64,000 nucleotides of DNA from an uncultured Anaerotruncus sp. (GCA_905210995.1 CAJLZE010000001.1:1910-65909); one strand, 5' to 3'; shown: positions 35,174-44,241, numbered from the stretch's first letter. A program made the numbers and translations. Notes: a model not told the origin generated them from the sequence alone.

Positions 35174-36265
35174 ATGCGGAATATAGATCAGAAAAACAAA
35201 AAATTGCGCGTGCTGACTGCCGCGCTTGCTGCGGCTGTGCTCGCGCTGCTTCTCCCGGGAGCCGTGCTCGCGCAGGACGCCGCCGCAGCTCACGGTATGC
35301 CGCCCGACTGCGCCGCGGTATCATCGGACGTCGGGGAGATATCGCTTTACCCCGGCGGAATGCCCTTCGGCGTGAAATTTTACACCGACGGCGTGCTCAT
35401 CGTCGGCTTCTCCGGCGGCGCGGGCTCACCTTCCGGCCCCGCATACGCCGCGGGACTGCGCGTAAACGACACGATAATGAAGATAGACGGCAAGCCGCTA
35501 TCGGACGCCTCGGATCTGACCGACGCGATAAAGCAGTCGGGCGGGCGGACGCTCAAGTTCGACTGTCGGCGCGGCGGCAGCGATTTTACCGTTGAGCTGA
35601 CGCCGAAGCGCGGGCGCGACGGTCAGTTTCAGACCGGAATGTGGGTGCGCGACAGCGGCGCGGGCATCGGCACCGTGACATTTATAGTCCCCTCGACGGG
35701 CGGCTTCGGCGGCCTCGGTCACGGCATATGCGATGCCGACACCGGCAAGCCGGTACCGCTCGGCAGAGGCAGCGTCGTCGGCGTGACGATAAGCGGTCTC
35801 ACGAAAGGGTTGCCGGGCACGCCCGGTGAGATAAAAGGGTACTTCACCCCCGGCAAAGAGGGAACGGTAATACAGAACAGCGACCTCGGCGTTTTCGGGC
35901 TCTACCGCGACACACCGACGGGGAATTATTCGAACCCCATACCCGCAGCGGGCAAAAACGAGCTGAAGGAAGGCGCTGCTACGATGCTGTGCACGCTTGA
36001 TTCAGGCGAGATAGGCGAATATGCGATTGAGATACACTCCATAGACCGCAGCGCCGTCGGCGGCAGGTGCTTTTCGATACGCGTGACCGACCCCGCGCTG
36101 CTCGAACGGACCGGCGGGATAATTCAGGGAATGTCGGGCAGCCCTATAATCCAGAACGGCAAGCTCGTCGGTGCCGTAACGCACGTTCTGATAAACGATC
36201 CGTCGGCGGGCTACGGTGTGTTTATTGAAAATATGTACAATGCCATGCCCGAGATACTTCGATAA
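35174..36265 (+). CDS. spoIVB: SpoIVB peptidase (S55)
   Basis: PDZ-like region followed by GMSGSPIIQNGKLVGAVTHVLINDPSAGYGVFIENM, which contains the catalytic Ser motif. The ATG at 35174 has an AAAGGAA SD. Confidence 0.85.
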   Translation: MRNIDQKNKKLRVLTAALAAAVLALLLPGAVLAQDAAAAHGMPPDCAAVSSDVGEISLYPGGMPFGVKFYTDGVLIVGFSGGAGSPSGPAYAAGLRVNDTIMKIDGKPLSDASDLTDAIKQSGGRTLKFDCRRGGSDFTVELTPKRGRDGQFQTGMWVRDSGAGIGTVTFIVPSTGGFGGLGHGICDADTGKPVPLGRGSVVGVTISGLTKGLPGTPGEIKGYFTPGKEGTVIQNSDLGVFGLYRDTPTGNYSNPIPAAGKNELKEGAATMLCTLDSGEIGEYAIEIHSIDRSAVGGRCFSIRVTDPALLERTGGIIQGMSGSPIIQNGKLVGAVTHVLINDPSAGYGVFIENMYNAMPEILR

Positions 36266-36297
36266 AAAACCAGGCTGCCGTGAATAGCACGGCAGCC
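36264..36297 (-). terminator. rho-independent terminator of the GLUG-like gene
   Basis: GGCTGCCGTG-aatag-CACGGCAGCC with a U-run on the minus-strand side. Confidence 0.6.
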
Positions 36298-36335
36298 CGA
36301 CGACCGATATAACGTTCGTTTATTGTAGCTTATTT

Positions 36336-37598
36336 TCAGTTGTTCTCTTTTCCGCGGCGAACGACGACAGCGCAGAGAGCGCCGGATATCGAAAGCACTG
36401 CGGCAAGGGCGATTATCACGAGGCTGTGATCGCCGGTGGAGGGGTTGGGATCGGGCTTGGGATCGGGAGTGATCTCGCTGCCGCCGATCTCAGAGGATGT
36501 CTTGTTGCCGGACTGTTCAACAGTCACGCCGGATTCTGCGGTAAACGCAACAATCTCGCCGTTGTAGGCAGCGCCGGTCTTGATCTCAACTGCATTTATG
36601 CAGTTCTTGACGGTGATAGCGCCTCTCTGGGCAAAACCGATGATACCGCCCGCGATGGTACCGGTCTTGGCATCTTCGGCGTTTTTGCAGTTGTAAACGA
36701 TCTTGCCGTTGTTGCGGCAGCCGTCTATCACAGCATCCTTACCGGGCTTGGCGCAGGCAAAAATACCGGCAATGTGTCCCGTACCGGCAGATGTCTCGAG
36801 CGTTATCGCACCGTTGTTGATGCAGTTCTTTATATTGTTGGTTTCCTTATCGGAGTAAGCAACAAATCCGGCAACTCTGCCTTCCTTGGCGCAGCCAATC
36901 AAGCTAACGTTCGCATTATTTACACAGTCCTCGATGGTACCGACAAACTTCAGGGTCTTATCGTACTTATCGCTGCCGATAAAGCCGCCGGCGTTTCTCC
37001 ACTTTGTGCAGTCGGCGCCGTTGTTTTTGATAGCAATCTTACCGTTCATTGAGGACTTCACGATCGTGTAATTTCTCGCATATGCGATGAAACCGCCACA
37101 ACTGAGTCTTGCATCGAGATTGGCGGTATAGTTGATCTCCATATCGGCAAAGATGTGAACGTTTTCAATGCGCGGGGTCTCTTCGCCCTTGGTGCTGGCA
37201 ACGAGGAACGCGAAGCTTTTGTTATCATTGGGATCGTTCAGCACGTAGCTGATGTGAGCATCCTTGGAACCGAAATTGATATTCTTGATGGTCCCGCTTG
37301 CGAACTGCTGGAATACAGCAAGATCGCCGGAGGCATTGTCGGATTTAAAGCTGAAGTTTTTGAGGGTGTGACCATTACCGTCAAGGTCGACAACATAATT
37401 TTCGCCCTTTATCAAATAGGTATCGAACACCTTGCCGCCGAAATCTATATCGTTGGCAAGATAGTAGGACTTACCGCTCTCCATAGCGAGAAATTCATCA
37501 GCGGTCGTAACAGCGATGGCGTCGTCGGCAAATACGGGAACAGCCGCAATTGCAGCGAGCATCAGAACAGCCAGAACAACAGACAATACTTTTTTCAT
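36336..37598 (-). CDS. secreted cell-surface protein with GLUG-like repeats and a sortase-type C-terminal sorting signal
   Basis: Signal peptide (MKKVLSVVLAVLMLAAIAAVPVFA), repeated GGFIG / AGFVA / AGIFA / GGIIGF motifs, and the C-terminus NPSTGD followed by a hydrophobic stretch and RRGKENN. Two sampled 60-nt lines in this gene give about 43% GC, lower than the flanks. Confidence 0.6.
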   Translation of the reverse strand: MKKVLSVVLAVLMLAAIAAVPVFADDAIAVTTADEFLAMESGKSYYLANDIDFGGKVFDTYLIKGENYVVDLDGNGHTLKNFSFKSDNASGDLAVFQQFASGTIKNINFGSKDAHISYVLNDPNDNKSFAFLVASTKGEETPRIENVHIFADMEINYTANLDARLSCGGFIAYARNYTIVKSSMNGKIAIKNNGADCTKWRNAGGFIGSDKYDKTLKFVGTIEDCVNNANVSLIGCAKEGRVAGFVAYSDKETNNIKNCINNGAITLETSAGTGHIAGIFACAKPGKDAVIDGCRNNGKIVYNCKNAEDAKTGTIAGGIIGFAQRGAITVKNCINAVEIKTGAAYNGEIVAFTAESGVTVEQSGNKTSSEIGGSEITPDPKPDPNPSTGDHSLVIIALAAVLSISGALCAVVVRRGKENN

Positions 37599-37667
37599 TG
37601 TGCAGTCTCCTCCGAAATTGTTTACATTTTTTTGATGGGAAATTCGAACAAATTTCCGCTCGTAAAC

Positions 37668-37696
37668 ATTTTACCACAGCACGTCATTATTGTCAA
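37668..37696 (-). promoter_or_regulatory. sigma-A type promoter (extended -10) for the GLUG-like gene
   Basis: On the minus strand: TTGACA, 17 nt, TGgTAAAAT. Confidence 0.55.
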
Positions 37697-37772
37697 GAGT
37701 TTTTTATACAAAACCGCGAAAATGTTTTAACAAATAGGTAAAAAACTACTCCGACAGGGGCAGCGCACAACG

Positions 37773-37804
37773 AAAAAAGGCTGCCGCGCGTTTGCGCGGC
37801 AGCC
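37773..37804 (-). terminator. rho-independent terminator
   Basis: On the minus strand: GGCTGCCGCGC-aaac-GCGCGGCAGCC followed by T6. Confidence 0.7.
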
Positions 37805-37813
37805 CCCCGTGTT

Positions 37814-38083
37814 TCAGTCGTCGTTCCTGCACGCGGCGATGATAAGTCTCACCACTGCCGCAAGCCCCGCGGCGATGCTCGCCGCGATAGCCGTCACCTT
37901 TACGATATCGAGCACCGAAACGGTGAACTCGGCGTCGAGCTTTGCCTCGCGCTCGGGGTCCGTCTCGGGATCGCGGCAAAAGCCGACGGTATAGACTGCG
38001 TGGTTTCTGATGCAGGGCTTGGAAACGTCCCTGCGGAAACGCTTTGCCTTAAGAATGTACGGTACGGTCGCATATTTTTTCAT
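37814..38083 (-). CDS. small tail-anchored membrane protein, unknown function
   Basis: 89-aa ORF with a GGGAGA SD, a C-terminal TM helix (VTAIAASIAAGLAAVVRLIIAA) and its own terminator. Confidence 0.45.
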   Translation of the reverse strand: MKKYATVPYILKAKRFRRDVSKPCIRNHAVYTVGFCRDPETDPEREAKLDAEFTVSVLDIVKVTAIAASIAAGLAAVVRLIIAACRNDD

Positions 38084-38166
38084 TATGTGCCTTGTCTCCC
38101 TTCAACTTTTTATATATTCACGAACTCGGATGTTATGTTTGCGTTTTATTCGCCCTTCGCGCTTCG

Positions 38167-39654
38167 TCACCCGAACAGCCGCGCAAGCTCGCGGTTTGCG
38201 GCGACCCGCGCACGGCTCACCGCCTCGGAAAGCGACGCACCTCCGGTAAGCTGCCCGCGTGCGGCATTGTATGTCGTCCCCGCTAGCCTTGACGCAACGC
38301 CCGAATAAAGGTAAGAGAAGTCAAACTTCACGCTGCCGTCGAGTATCGCGTGCAGAGTCAGGTATGAATTGTTGTCGCGCAGATAATTTTCAAATGCGGC
38401 TGCGGCATAAGCGTCGCCGAGCCACGCGCCGGAGGCTGCGTCAAGCGCCGTGATGGCAGCGCCGCAAAGCTCCGGTCTGCCGTTGCCGGAGAAAAACATC
38501 ACCGGGCGACTCTCAGATCCGAGCGTCACGTTTTCGCTCACGCTGCCCGTGTGCGGCAGCGGCAGAAGCCCCCATTCGGTCTTTTTATCGTAAAATGTAC
38601 GCATATCGGAGAGCGGACCGAGCCGCACGAGCGCCCCGCCGTCGGCAAAGACCGCCTCCGGGTCGGCTGCATCCTCGCCCGCCGGGAGATAGAGCAGCGC
38701 CGCGAGCCGGGATATCACATCTCCCGCCTCGGCGAGCTTCTGCTCGTCAAAGTTCACCGTCGGGACCGTCCCGGCGCCGTTTGACACAAATTCCACGTCC
38801 GCACCGGCACAAACGGCATCGGCGGCAAAGGTCGCCGAGCTGCGCGTGCCGCTGACGGCGGCATATGCCCCCTCGGGCAGTGTGACCGAGGCTGCGGCGG
38901 TGAGGACATCCTCCCACGCGAGCCCCGCCTCCGAAAGCGCGGCGCGATAAAGGCTTTCGCTTATCTCCGCACCCGCAAGCGTGCGGTTGAAATACAGCGC
39001 CCAGAGCGAATCGGGATCGTATACGGCGCTGCCGCAATAAAAATAGCAGGACATACCGACGGTCCCCGCGCCCTCGGGCGCTTCGAACACCGGCAGCTGC
39101 CCGAGATTGAGAACGATGCCGGAATTATAGAAAAGCGCCGCCGCATATGCGGGGATCACGGCGAAATCGGCATAATATGTGCCCGACTTTTCGGCAGCCG
39201 TGAATTCGCCGAGCATGGCGCTCTCCTCAACGCTCAGCACCGTCATGCTTATACCGTATCTCTCGCACGCCGCCTCTGTCCTCAAAGAGCGCGCGGCGTT
39301 GAGCAGGTCGCCCTCCTCGGGCTCTATGAGCGCCGCCGTTGAGGTGGCGTTTGCGATTATAAGATCGCTCACCGAAAGCTCTACGTCCGGAAGCGCCTCA
39401 AGCTTCGCCTCCGCCTCGGCGCGCCTGTCGGGATAGCTCACCTTATCGGGCGGGATCGCGGTGGTCGTCGGAGCCGGCACAGTCCACGGCGCATCCGTCG
39501 CCGCCGTGCCGCTGTCCTCTCCCGTGCCGGTATCGCTGCCGTGGTCGTATGTGATCTCGATGAATCCGCAGCCGCCGAGCGCGAGCGTTACGGTCAGCAG
39601 CGCCGCAAGCAGCGCCGCCGCGCTCCGCAGCGGAAATTTTCCTTTTTTATTCAT
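38167..39654 (-). CDS. lipoprotein, extracellular solute-binding-protein-like
   Basis: Lipobox LALGGC after a basic N-terminus. Overall pattern resembles family-1 SBP-like lipoproteins. No permease genes are adjacent. Confidence 0.55.
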   Translation of the reverse strand: MNKKGKFPLRSAAALLAALLTVTLALGGCGFIEITYDHGSDTGTGEDSGTAATDAPWTVPAPTTTAIPPDKVSYPDRRAEAEAKLEALPDVELSVSDLIIANATSTAALIEPEEGDLLNAARSLRTEAACERYGISMTVLSVEESAMLGEFTAAEKSGTYYADFAVIPAYAAALFYNSGIVLNLGQLPVFEAPEGAGTVGMSCYFYCGSAVYDPDSLWALYFNRTLAGAEISESLYRAALSEAGLAWEDVLTAAASVTLPEGAYAAVSGTRSSATFAADAVCAGADVEFVSNGAGTVPTVNFDEQKLAEAGDVISRLAALLYLPAGEDAADPEAVFADGGALVRLGPLSDMRTFYDKKTEWGLLPLPHTGSVSENVTLGSESRPVMFFSGNGRPELCGAAITALDAASGAWLGDAYAAAAFENYLRDNNSYLTLHAILDGSVKFDFSYLYSGVASRLAGTTYNAARGQLTGGASLSEAVSRARVAANRELARLFG

Positions 39655-39694
39655 ATCCGCTCGCAGCCGCCTTTACCGTTTCTGACAGAGCGCC

Positions 39695-40816
39695 TCATTT
39701 TCTCGTTATCGTAACGATGAACCCGTCGTAGTTGTTCCCCGATATAGTATACGGCATATCGGTCGGAACGGGAACCGAAGTTGTGGCGCCCTCTCCCGTT
39801 GCGGCGGGAACATAATATATCTCATATGTCACGCCGTCGTCGCCGTTCATTATATAGTGCGTTCCGGTGTAGGGATGGCGCGTTGCGAGCACCGTGAGAT
39901 ACTCCTCAAGGCAAAGGTCGTTGCGCATCATCGCCAGCGCGTGCGGGTAGCCGACGTATCTGTAATGGTCTGCATAATGCGACGATTTTGTAACGCTTGA
40001 TTTGCTTTGCGGATAGCGCTGGATAAAGCCGTATTTATAACAGTTTGTGTTCAGCCATGTATATATCTGAACGCACGATGCGTCCTCGGACGCCGAAATA
40101 TAGGGATATGAGTTGTTATCGAGCCACGCACGGAAGTCAACTGTCAGCCCCGTATGGTGCTCACTGTATCCGCCGGGCGCTTCGGCTCCCGGTTTGCTTG
40201 CGTGCAGCGTATCCTGTGCCGCGGCATCGCGATATCCGCTGCCCTGCGGGAAGTAAACGTCCTGATTTTTTGTTGCGTCGTAAAAATCGTCGATCATATT
40301 ATTGAGATTTTTTGCGGCGACGGCATTCAGCTTTACGTCAAATGAGCAGGAATAGGAATGTATCATGTTTCCCGATGCCGATGTGCCCCACTTTTCGCTG
40401 CGGCTGCTGCGCAGATCGATGAGCGTCGCGTCGCTCGCGGGGAATACATATGCGTGCGACGTGTCCACGAGTATAAGCTCGCCGCGGTGAACATCGTCAG
40501 CGGTCATGAGCTTTACCGTATATCCCTCGGTGCCGCCGGTGGTCTCGTCGGCTGCCGGCGTAGTCTCGCCGCCTGCGGTCGTATCGCCCATGGTGGTGAC
40601 CGAAGCCGGGACGTTCGGCGATGTATCCTCGCCTCCGCCGCCCGAGGCAAGCTCGCCGCATATAACGATGACCGAAACAATAAGCGACAAGGCGAGCAGC
40701 GACATGAGTGTAATGAGCACTATCTGACGTCTTTTGCGTTTTCTCTCGCGCAGTGCGCGGTTGCTCAGATGTGAATTCATCTTAAAAGCCCGTGTATTCG
40801 AATCACGGTCGTTCAT
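39695..40816 (-). CDS. VanY/M15B-family D-alanyl-D-alanine carboxypeptidase, membrane anchored
   Basis: N-terminal TM segment. SGYRDAAAQ...SEHHTGLTVDF...H are the M15 zinc-peptidase motifs. Confidence 0.75.
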   Translation of the reverse strand: MNDRDSNTRAFKMNSHLSNRALRERKRKRRQIVLITLMSLLALSLIVSVIVICGELASGGGGEDTSPNVPASVTTMGDTTAGGETTPAADETTGGTEGYTVKLMTADDVHRGELILVDTSHAYVFPASDATLIDLRSSRSEKWGTSASGNMIHSYSCSFDVKLNAVAAKNLNNMIDDFYDATKNQDVYFPQGSGYRDAAAQDTLHASKPGAEAPGGYSEHHTGLTVDFRAWLDNNSYPYISASEDASCVQIYTWLNTNCYKYGFIQRYPQSKSSVTKSSHYADHYRYVGYPHALAMMRNDLCLEEYLTVLATRHPYTGTHYIMNGDDGVTYEIYYVPAATGEGATTSVPVPTDMPYTISGNNYDGFIVTITRK

Positions 40817-40867
40817 ACGGCATCCTCCTCAATTTGGCGGTTTTCCCCCGTCTCGGGTGGTTGTTTT

Positions 40868-40923
40868 CAGCCCGCCGCGCATATAGTTTTAGCTTGTTAC
40901 CTCAGAATATGCGCGGCGGGCTG
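40868..40923. terminator. long hairpin downstream of pnp (terminator or 3' stabiliser)
   Basis: CAGCCCGCCGCGCATAT, 22 nt, ATATGCGCGGCGGGCTG: a perfect 17-bp stem. The T-rich tract is on the plus-strand side only. Confidence 0.45.
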
Positions 40924-40948
40924 TTATTTTATTGAAATGTCGGAAAGA

Positions 40949-43060
40949 TCAGCCCTGGGCGTCTCTGATAGAGAAGTCCATTCTGCCCTTCTTGTCAAGT
41001 CCGATATACTTGACCTTTACGATATCGCCGAGCTTGAGGACATCCTCAACCTTGTCGATGCGGTGGTCGGTGATGCGGGAGATGTGAACCATGCCCTCCT
41101 TGCCGGGAGCATATTCAACGAAGCAGCCGAACTCCTTGATGCCGGTGACCTTGCCGGTGTAGACGGTGCCGACAACGGGCTCGAAGCAGATAGCGTCGAT
41201 CGTCGCCTTGGCGGCGTCTGCGGCGGCGCGGTTGACCGCGGCGATATATACCGTTCCGTCGTCCTCGATATCGATCTTGGCGCCGGTGTCGGCGGTGATC
41301 TTCTGAATGACGCAGCCGCCCTTGCCTATGACCTCGCGGATCTTATCGGGGTCGATCTTTATCGTCATCATCTTGGGAGCATACTCGGAGACATCGGCGC
41401 GCGGGGCGGGGATAGCCTTGAGAATGACCTCGTCGATGATATAATCGCGTCCGGCGTGGGTCATTTCGAGCGCCGACTTGATGATCTCGGGCGTCAGACC
41501 GTCGATCTTGAGGTCCATCTGGATGGACGTGATGCCATTATGAGTACCGGCGACCTTGAAGTCCATATCGCCGTAGAAGTCCTCGACGCCCTGGATATCA
41601 ATCATGGTCATCCACTTTTCGCCCTCGGTGATAAGACCGCAGGAGATACCCGCAACGGGAGCCTTGATCGGCACGCCCGCGTCCATAAGCGCGAGTGTGG
41701 AGCCGCAGACCGACGCCTGCGAGGTGGAACCGTTGGAGGAAACGACCTCGGAAACGAGGCGGATGGCGTAGGGGAACTCCTCGGTGGAGGGAAGCACGGG
41801 AACGAGCGAGCGCTCGGCAAGTGCTCCGTGACCTATCTCACGTCTGCCGGGGCTGCGGGTAGCCTTTGCCTCGCCGGTGGAGTAGCCGGGCATATTGTAG
41901 TGGTGCATATATCTCTTGGAATCCTCGTTGTCGATGCCGTCGAGCATCTGAGCCTCGGCGAGGGTCCCGAGCGTTGCCATTGTAACGACCTGTGTCTGAC
42001 CTCTCGTGAACATACCCGAGCCGTGCACTCTCTTGAAGAGTCCCACCTCGGCGGCAAGGGGTCTTATCTGGTTGAGGGCACGACCGTCAACGCGCTTGCC
42101 CTCAAGCAGCCAGCGACGGACGACCTTCTTCTGCATCTTATAGACCAGTTCGGGCATCTGGGTGGCGAGATCGGGATATTCCTCGCCGAATTTTTCGATG
42201 ATCGCGTCCTCGATCGGGAGCATTCTCTCGTCACGGACGTTCTTGTCGTCGGTATCGAGAGCGTTCATGAGATCCGCCTCGCAGAAGGCAAAGATCTTAT
42301 CGAACATATCGTGATCAAGCTCGCAGGAAGGATATTCGAATTTGGGCTTGCCTACCTCATCGATAATGCCGTTGACGAACACGAGCAGATCCTTGATCTC
42401 GGCATGAGCCTTCATGATAGCGTCGTACATAACATCGTCGGCAACTTCGTTGGCGCCCGCCTCGATCATGACCACCTTGTTCATCGACGCGGCAACGGTC
42501 AGCTCAAGGTCGCTCTTTTCTCTCTCTGCCTCTGTGGGATTGACGACGAGCTTGCCGTCAACAAGACCCATGAAAACGCCCGCGATCGGTCCGTTCCACG
42601 GAATATCCGATATCGACAGTGCGATGGAGGCGCCGAGCATAGCGGTGATCTCTGGAGAGCAGTCCTGATCGACCGACATAACGGTGAGTGTGAGTGCTAC
42701 GTCGTTGCGCAGATCCTTGGGGAAGAGGGGACGGATCGGGCGGTCGATGACGCGCGCGGTCAGTATTGCCTTTTCGCTGGGTTTGCCCTCGCGCTTGAGA
42801 TAACCGCCGGGGATCTTTCCCGCTGCGTACATTCTCTCCTCATAGTCAACAGACAGGGGGAGGAAGTCTATGCCGTCGCGGGGCTTTGCGGACGCGGTGG
42901 CGCAGCAAAGCACGGCGGTATCGCCGTAGCGGACGAGGCATGAGCCGTTTGCAAGGCCTGCCATTTTGCCGACCTCAACAGAAAGGGGTCTGCCCGCAAG
43001 AGTATAGCGGAAGATCTTCTGGTTCGGGAACTGCATGGGTGTGCTTTTGATTTCGTACAT
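40949..43060 (-). CDS. pnp: polyribonucleotide nucleotidyltransferase (PNPase)
   Basis: 703 aa with two RNase PH domains, then KH and S1 domains (GKVTGIKEFGCFVEY). GGAGGT SD. Confidence 0.95.
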   Translation of the reverse strand: MYEIKSTPMQFPNQKIFRYTLAGRPLSVEVGKMAGLANGSCLVRYGDTAVLCCATASAKPRDGIDFLPLSVDYEERMYAAGKIPGGYLKREGKPSEKAILTARVIDRPIRPLFPKDLRNDVALTLTVMSVDQDCSPEITAMLGASIALSISDIPWNGPIAGVFMGLVDGKLVVNPTEAEREKSDLELTVAASMNKVVMIEAGANEVADDVMYDAIMKAHAEIKDLLVFVNGIIDEVGKPKFEYPSCELDHDMFDKIFAFCEADLMNALDTDDKNVRDERMLPIEDAIIEKFGEEYPDLATQMPELVYKMQKKVVRRWLLEGKRVDGRALNQIRPLAAEVGLFKRVHGSGMFTRGQTQVVTMATLGTLAEAQMLDGIDNEDSKRYMHHYNMPGYSTGEAKATRSPGRREIGHGALAERSLVPVLPSTEEFPYAIRLVSEVVSSNGSTSQASVCGSTLALMDAGVPIKAPVAGISCGLITEGEKWMTMIDIQGVEDFYGDMDFKVAGTHNGITSIQMDLKIDGLTPEIIKSALEMTHAGRDYIIDEVILKAIPAPRADVSEYAPKMMTIKIDPDKIREVIGKGGCVIQKITADTGAKIDIEDDGTVYIAAVNRAAADAAKATIDAICFEPVVGTVYTGKVTGIKEFGCFVEYAPGKEGMVHISRITDHRIDKVEDVLKLGDIVKVKYIGLDKKGRMDFSIRDAQG

Positions 43061-43721
43061 TTTGTACCTCCGTATATTTTGCTCCCGACATGGTTAGCAC
43101 TTAACCGCGCGTCTCCCGGTCGTGATGAACGCAAGGCGCACGGTTAAATGCTGCCCACATGCGGGATTTTTTTAAGTCTCGGGTGGCGTTTATGCAGAGT
43201 TGTAACTGCACACCCCGACGGTGAAACAAGTGCGAACTCGTATCGACCGCACGGGTACAGTCACATCAGAACATAACCGACTTTTTAAGTCTCGGGTGGC
43301 GTTTATGCAGAGTTGCAGCCGCGTACCCCGACGGTGAAGCAAGTACAGACTCGTATCTGCCGCATCCCGTAGGGGAGGGGCTCTGCTCCTCCCGCAAAGC
43401 TTGCGCAAACTTCGGTCCCGGAAGGCAGCCACGCATTTTTAAGGTTTGTGCCGTGCGCGGTTAAACGCGGCGGGGAAATCAAACACACGGTACTGATGCA
43501 ACTCCACTCCCCGCCTATCATCGAGGTATAAAGCTCAAAATCCGATCCGGCTTCGCCCGGGTCCGAAAGCCCGATATAAATCAGCGCTTCCTTCATCATC
43601 GGGGTATAAAGCTCAAAATCCGATCCGGCTTCGCCCGAGTCCGAAAGCCCGATATAAATCAGCGCTCCCTTCATCATCGGGGTATGAAGTTCAAGATCCG
43701 ATCTGACTTCACCCGAGTCCG
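43061..43721. repeat. repeat-filled rpsO-pnp spacer
   Basis: Two direct units 113 bp apart (43174 and 43287), each with CTCGGGTG-N26-ACCCCGACGGTGAA. Three tandem 78-bp units of the same family in the opposite orientation lie at about 43510-43745. There is also a GGGAGGGGCTCTGCTCCTCCC hairpin (43373-43393) and CGCGCGGTTAA-type inverted repeats (43099-43145 and about 43455-43470). Confidence 0.8.
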
Positions 43722-43755
43722 AAAAAAGGGATGCCGTGCAAAAACGCGGCATCCC
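43722..43755 (-). terminator. rho-independent terminator of rpsO
   Basis: On the minus strand: GGGATGCCGCG-ttttt-GCACGGCATCCC followed by T6. Confidence 0.75.
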
Positions 43756-43776
43756 AGTCTCCATCGCCCTTGCTTT

Positions 43777-44040
43777 TTACTTTCTGATGTTCAGCTTGGC
43801 TATGATAGCGCGGTATCTTTCGATATCGACCTTCATCAGATAGTTGAGCAGATTTCTTCTGTGACCGACCATTTTAAGAAGACCGCGGCGGCTGTGATGG
43901 TCGTTGTTGTTCTTCTTAAGATGCTCGGTAAGGGAGTTGATCCTGCTGGTAAGGAGAGCGATCTGAACCTCGGGCGAACCTGTGTCGCCTTCGTGTACAG
44001 CGTACTCTTCGATGATCGCGAGTTTTTCTTCTTTGGTCAT
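43777..44040 (-). CDS. rpsO: 30S ribosomal protein S15
   Basis: [13 protein letters not shown]...[22 protein letters not shown]...[19 protein letters not shown]. The ATG at 44040 lies 6 nt after GAGGTG. Confidence 0.95.
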   Translation of the reverse strand: MTKEEKLAIIEEYAVHEGDTGSPEVQIALLTSRINSLTEHLKKNNNDHHSRRGLLKMVGHRRNLLNYLMKVDIERYRAIIAKLNIRK

Positions 44041-44166
44041 TTCATTCACCTCATGTTTTTTTGCGCGGACTCAGCGACCGGCGGGTGAATAACCTTGCGG
44101 TCTTTTATCCGGAGACCGGGTCTGCGTCATTTTTTACGGCATGAAACATCACACCGATACAGTGTT

Positions 44167-44195
44167 ATTATACCACACTTCCGCGCGTTTGTAAA
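44167..44195 (-). promoter_or_regulatory. sigma-A type promoter (extended -10) for rpsO
   Basis: On the minus strand: TTTACA, 17 nt, TGgTATAAT. This leaves a leader of about 120 nt. Confidence 0.6.
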
Positions 44196-44241
44196 TAGCC
44201 GTGAATGGGATTATTTTTGAATATTTATTGAAATGATCTTC

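Noticed and set aside
40937-42943. 668-aa plus-strand ORF
   Set aside because: It is antisense to pnp, whose identity is unambiguous. The translation has no recognisable motifs.
43510-43745. Possible CRISPR array (regularly spaced repeats)
   Set aside because: The 78-bp units are contiguous tandem copies with no unique spacers. The same family occurs dispersed in both orientations, and no cas genes are present.
43303-43764. 153-aa ORF within the rpsO-pnp spacer (similar repeat-borne ORFs: 18145-18483, 59178-59441, 59451-59729, 59900-60166)
   Set aside because: The reading frames consist of repeat modules. They have no SD or start context, and the apparent periodic peptide repeats merely mirror the DNA repeats.
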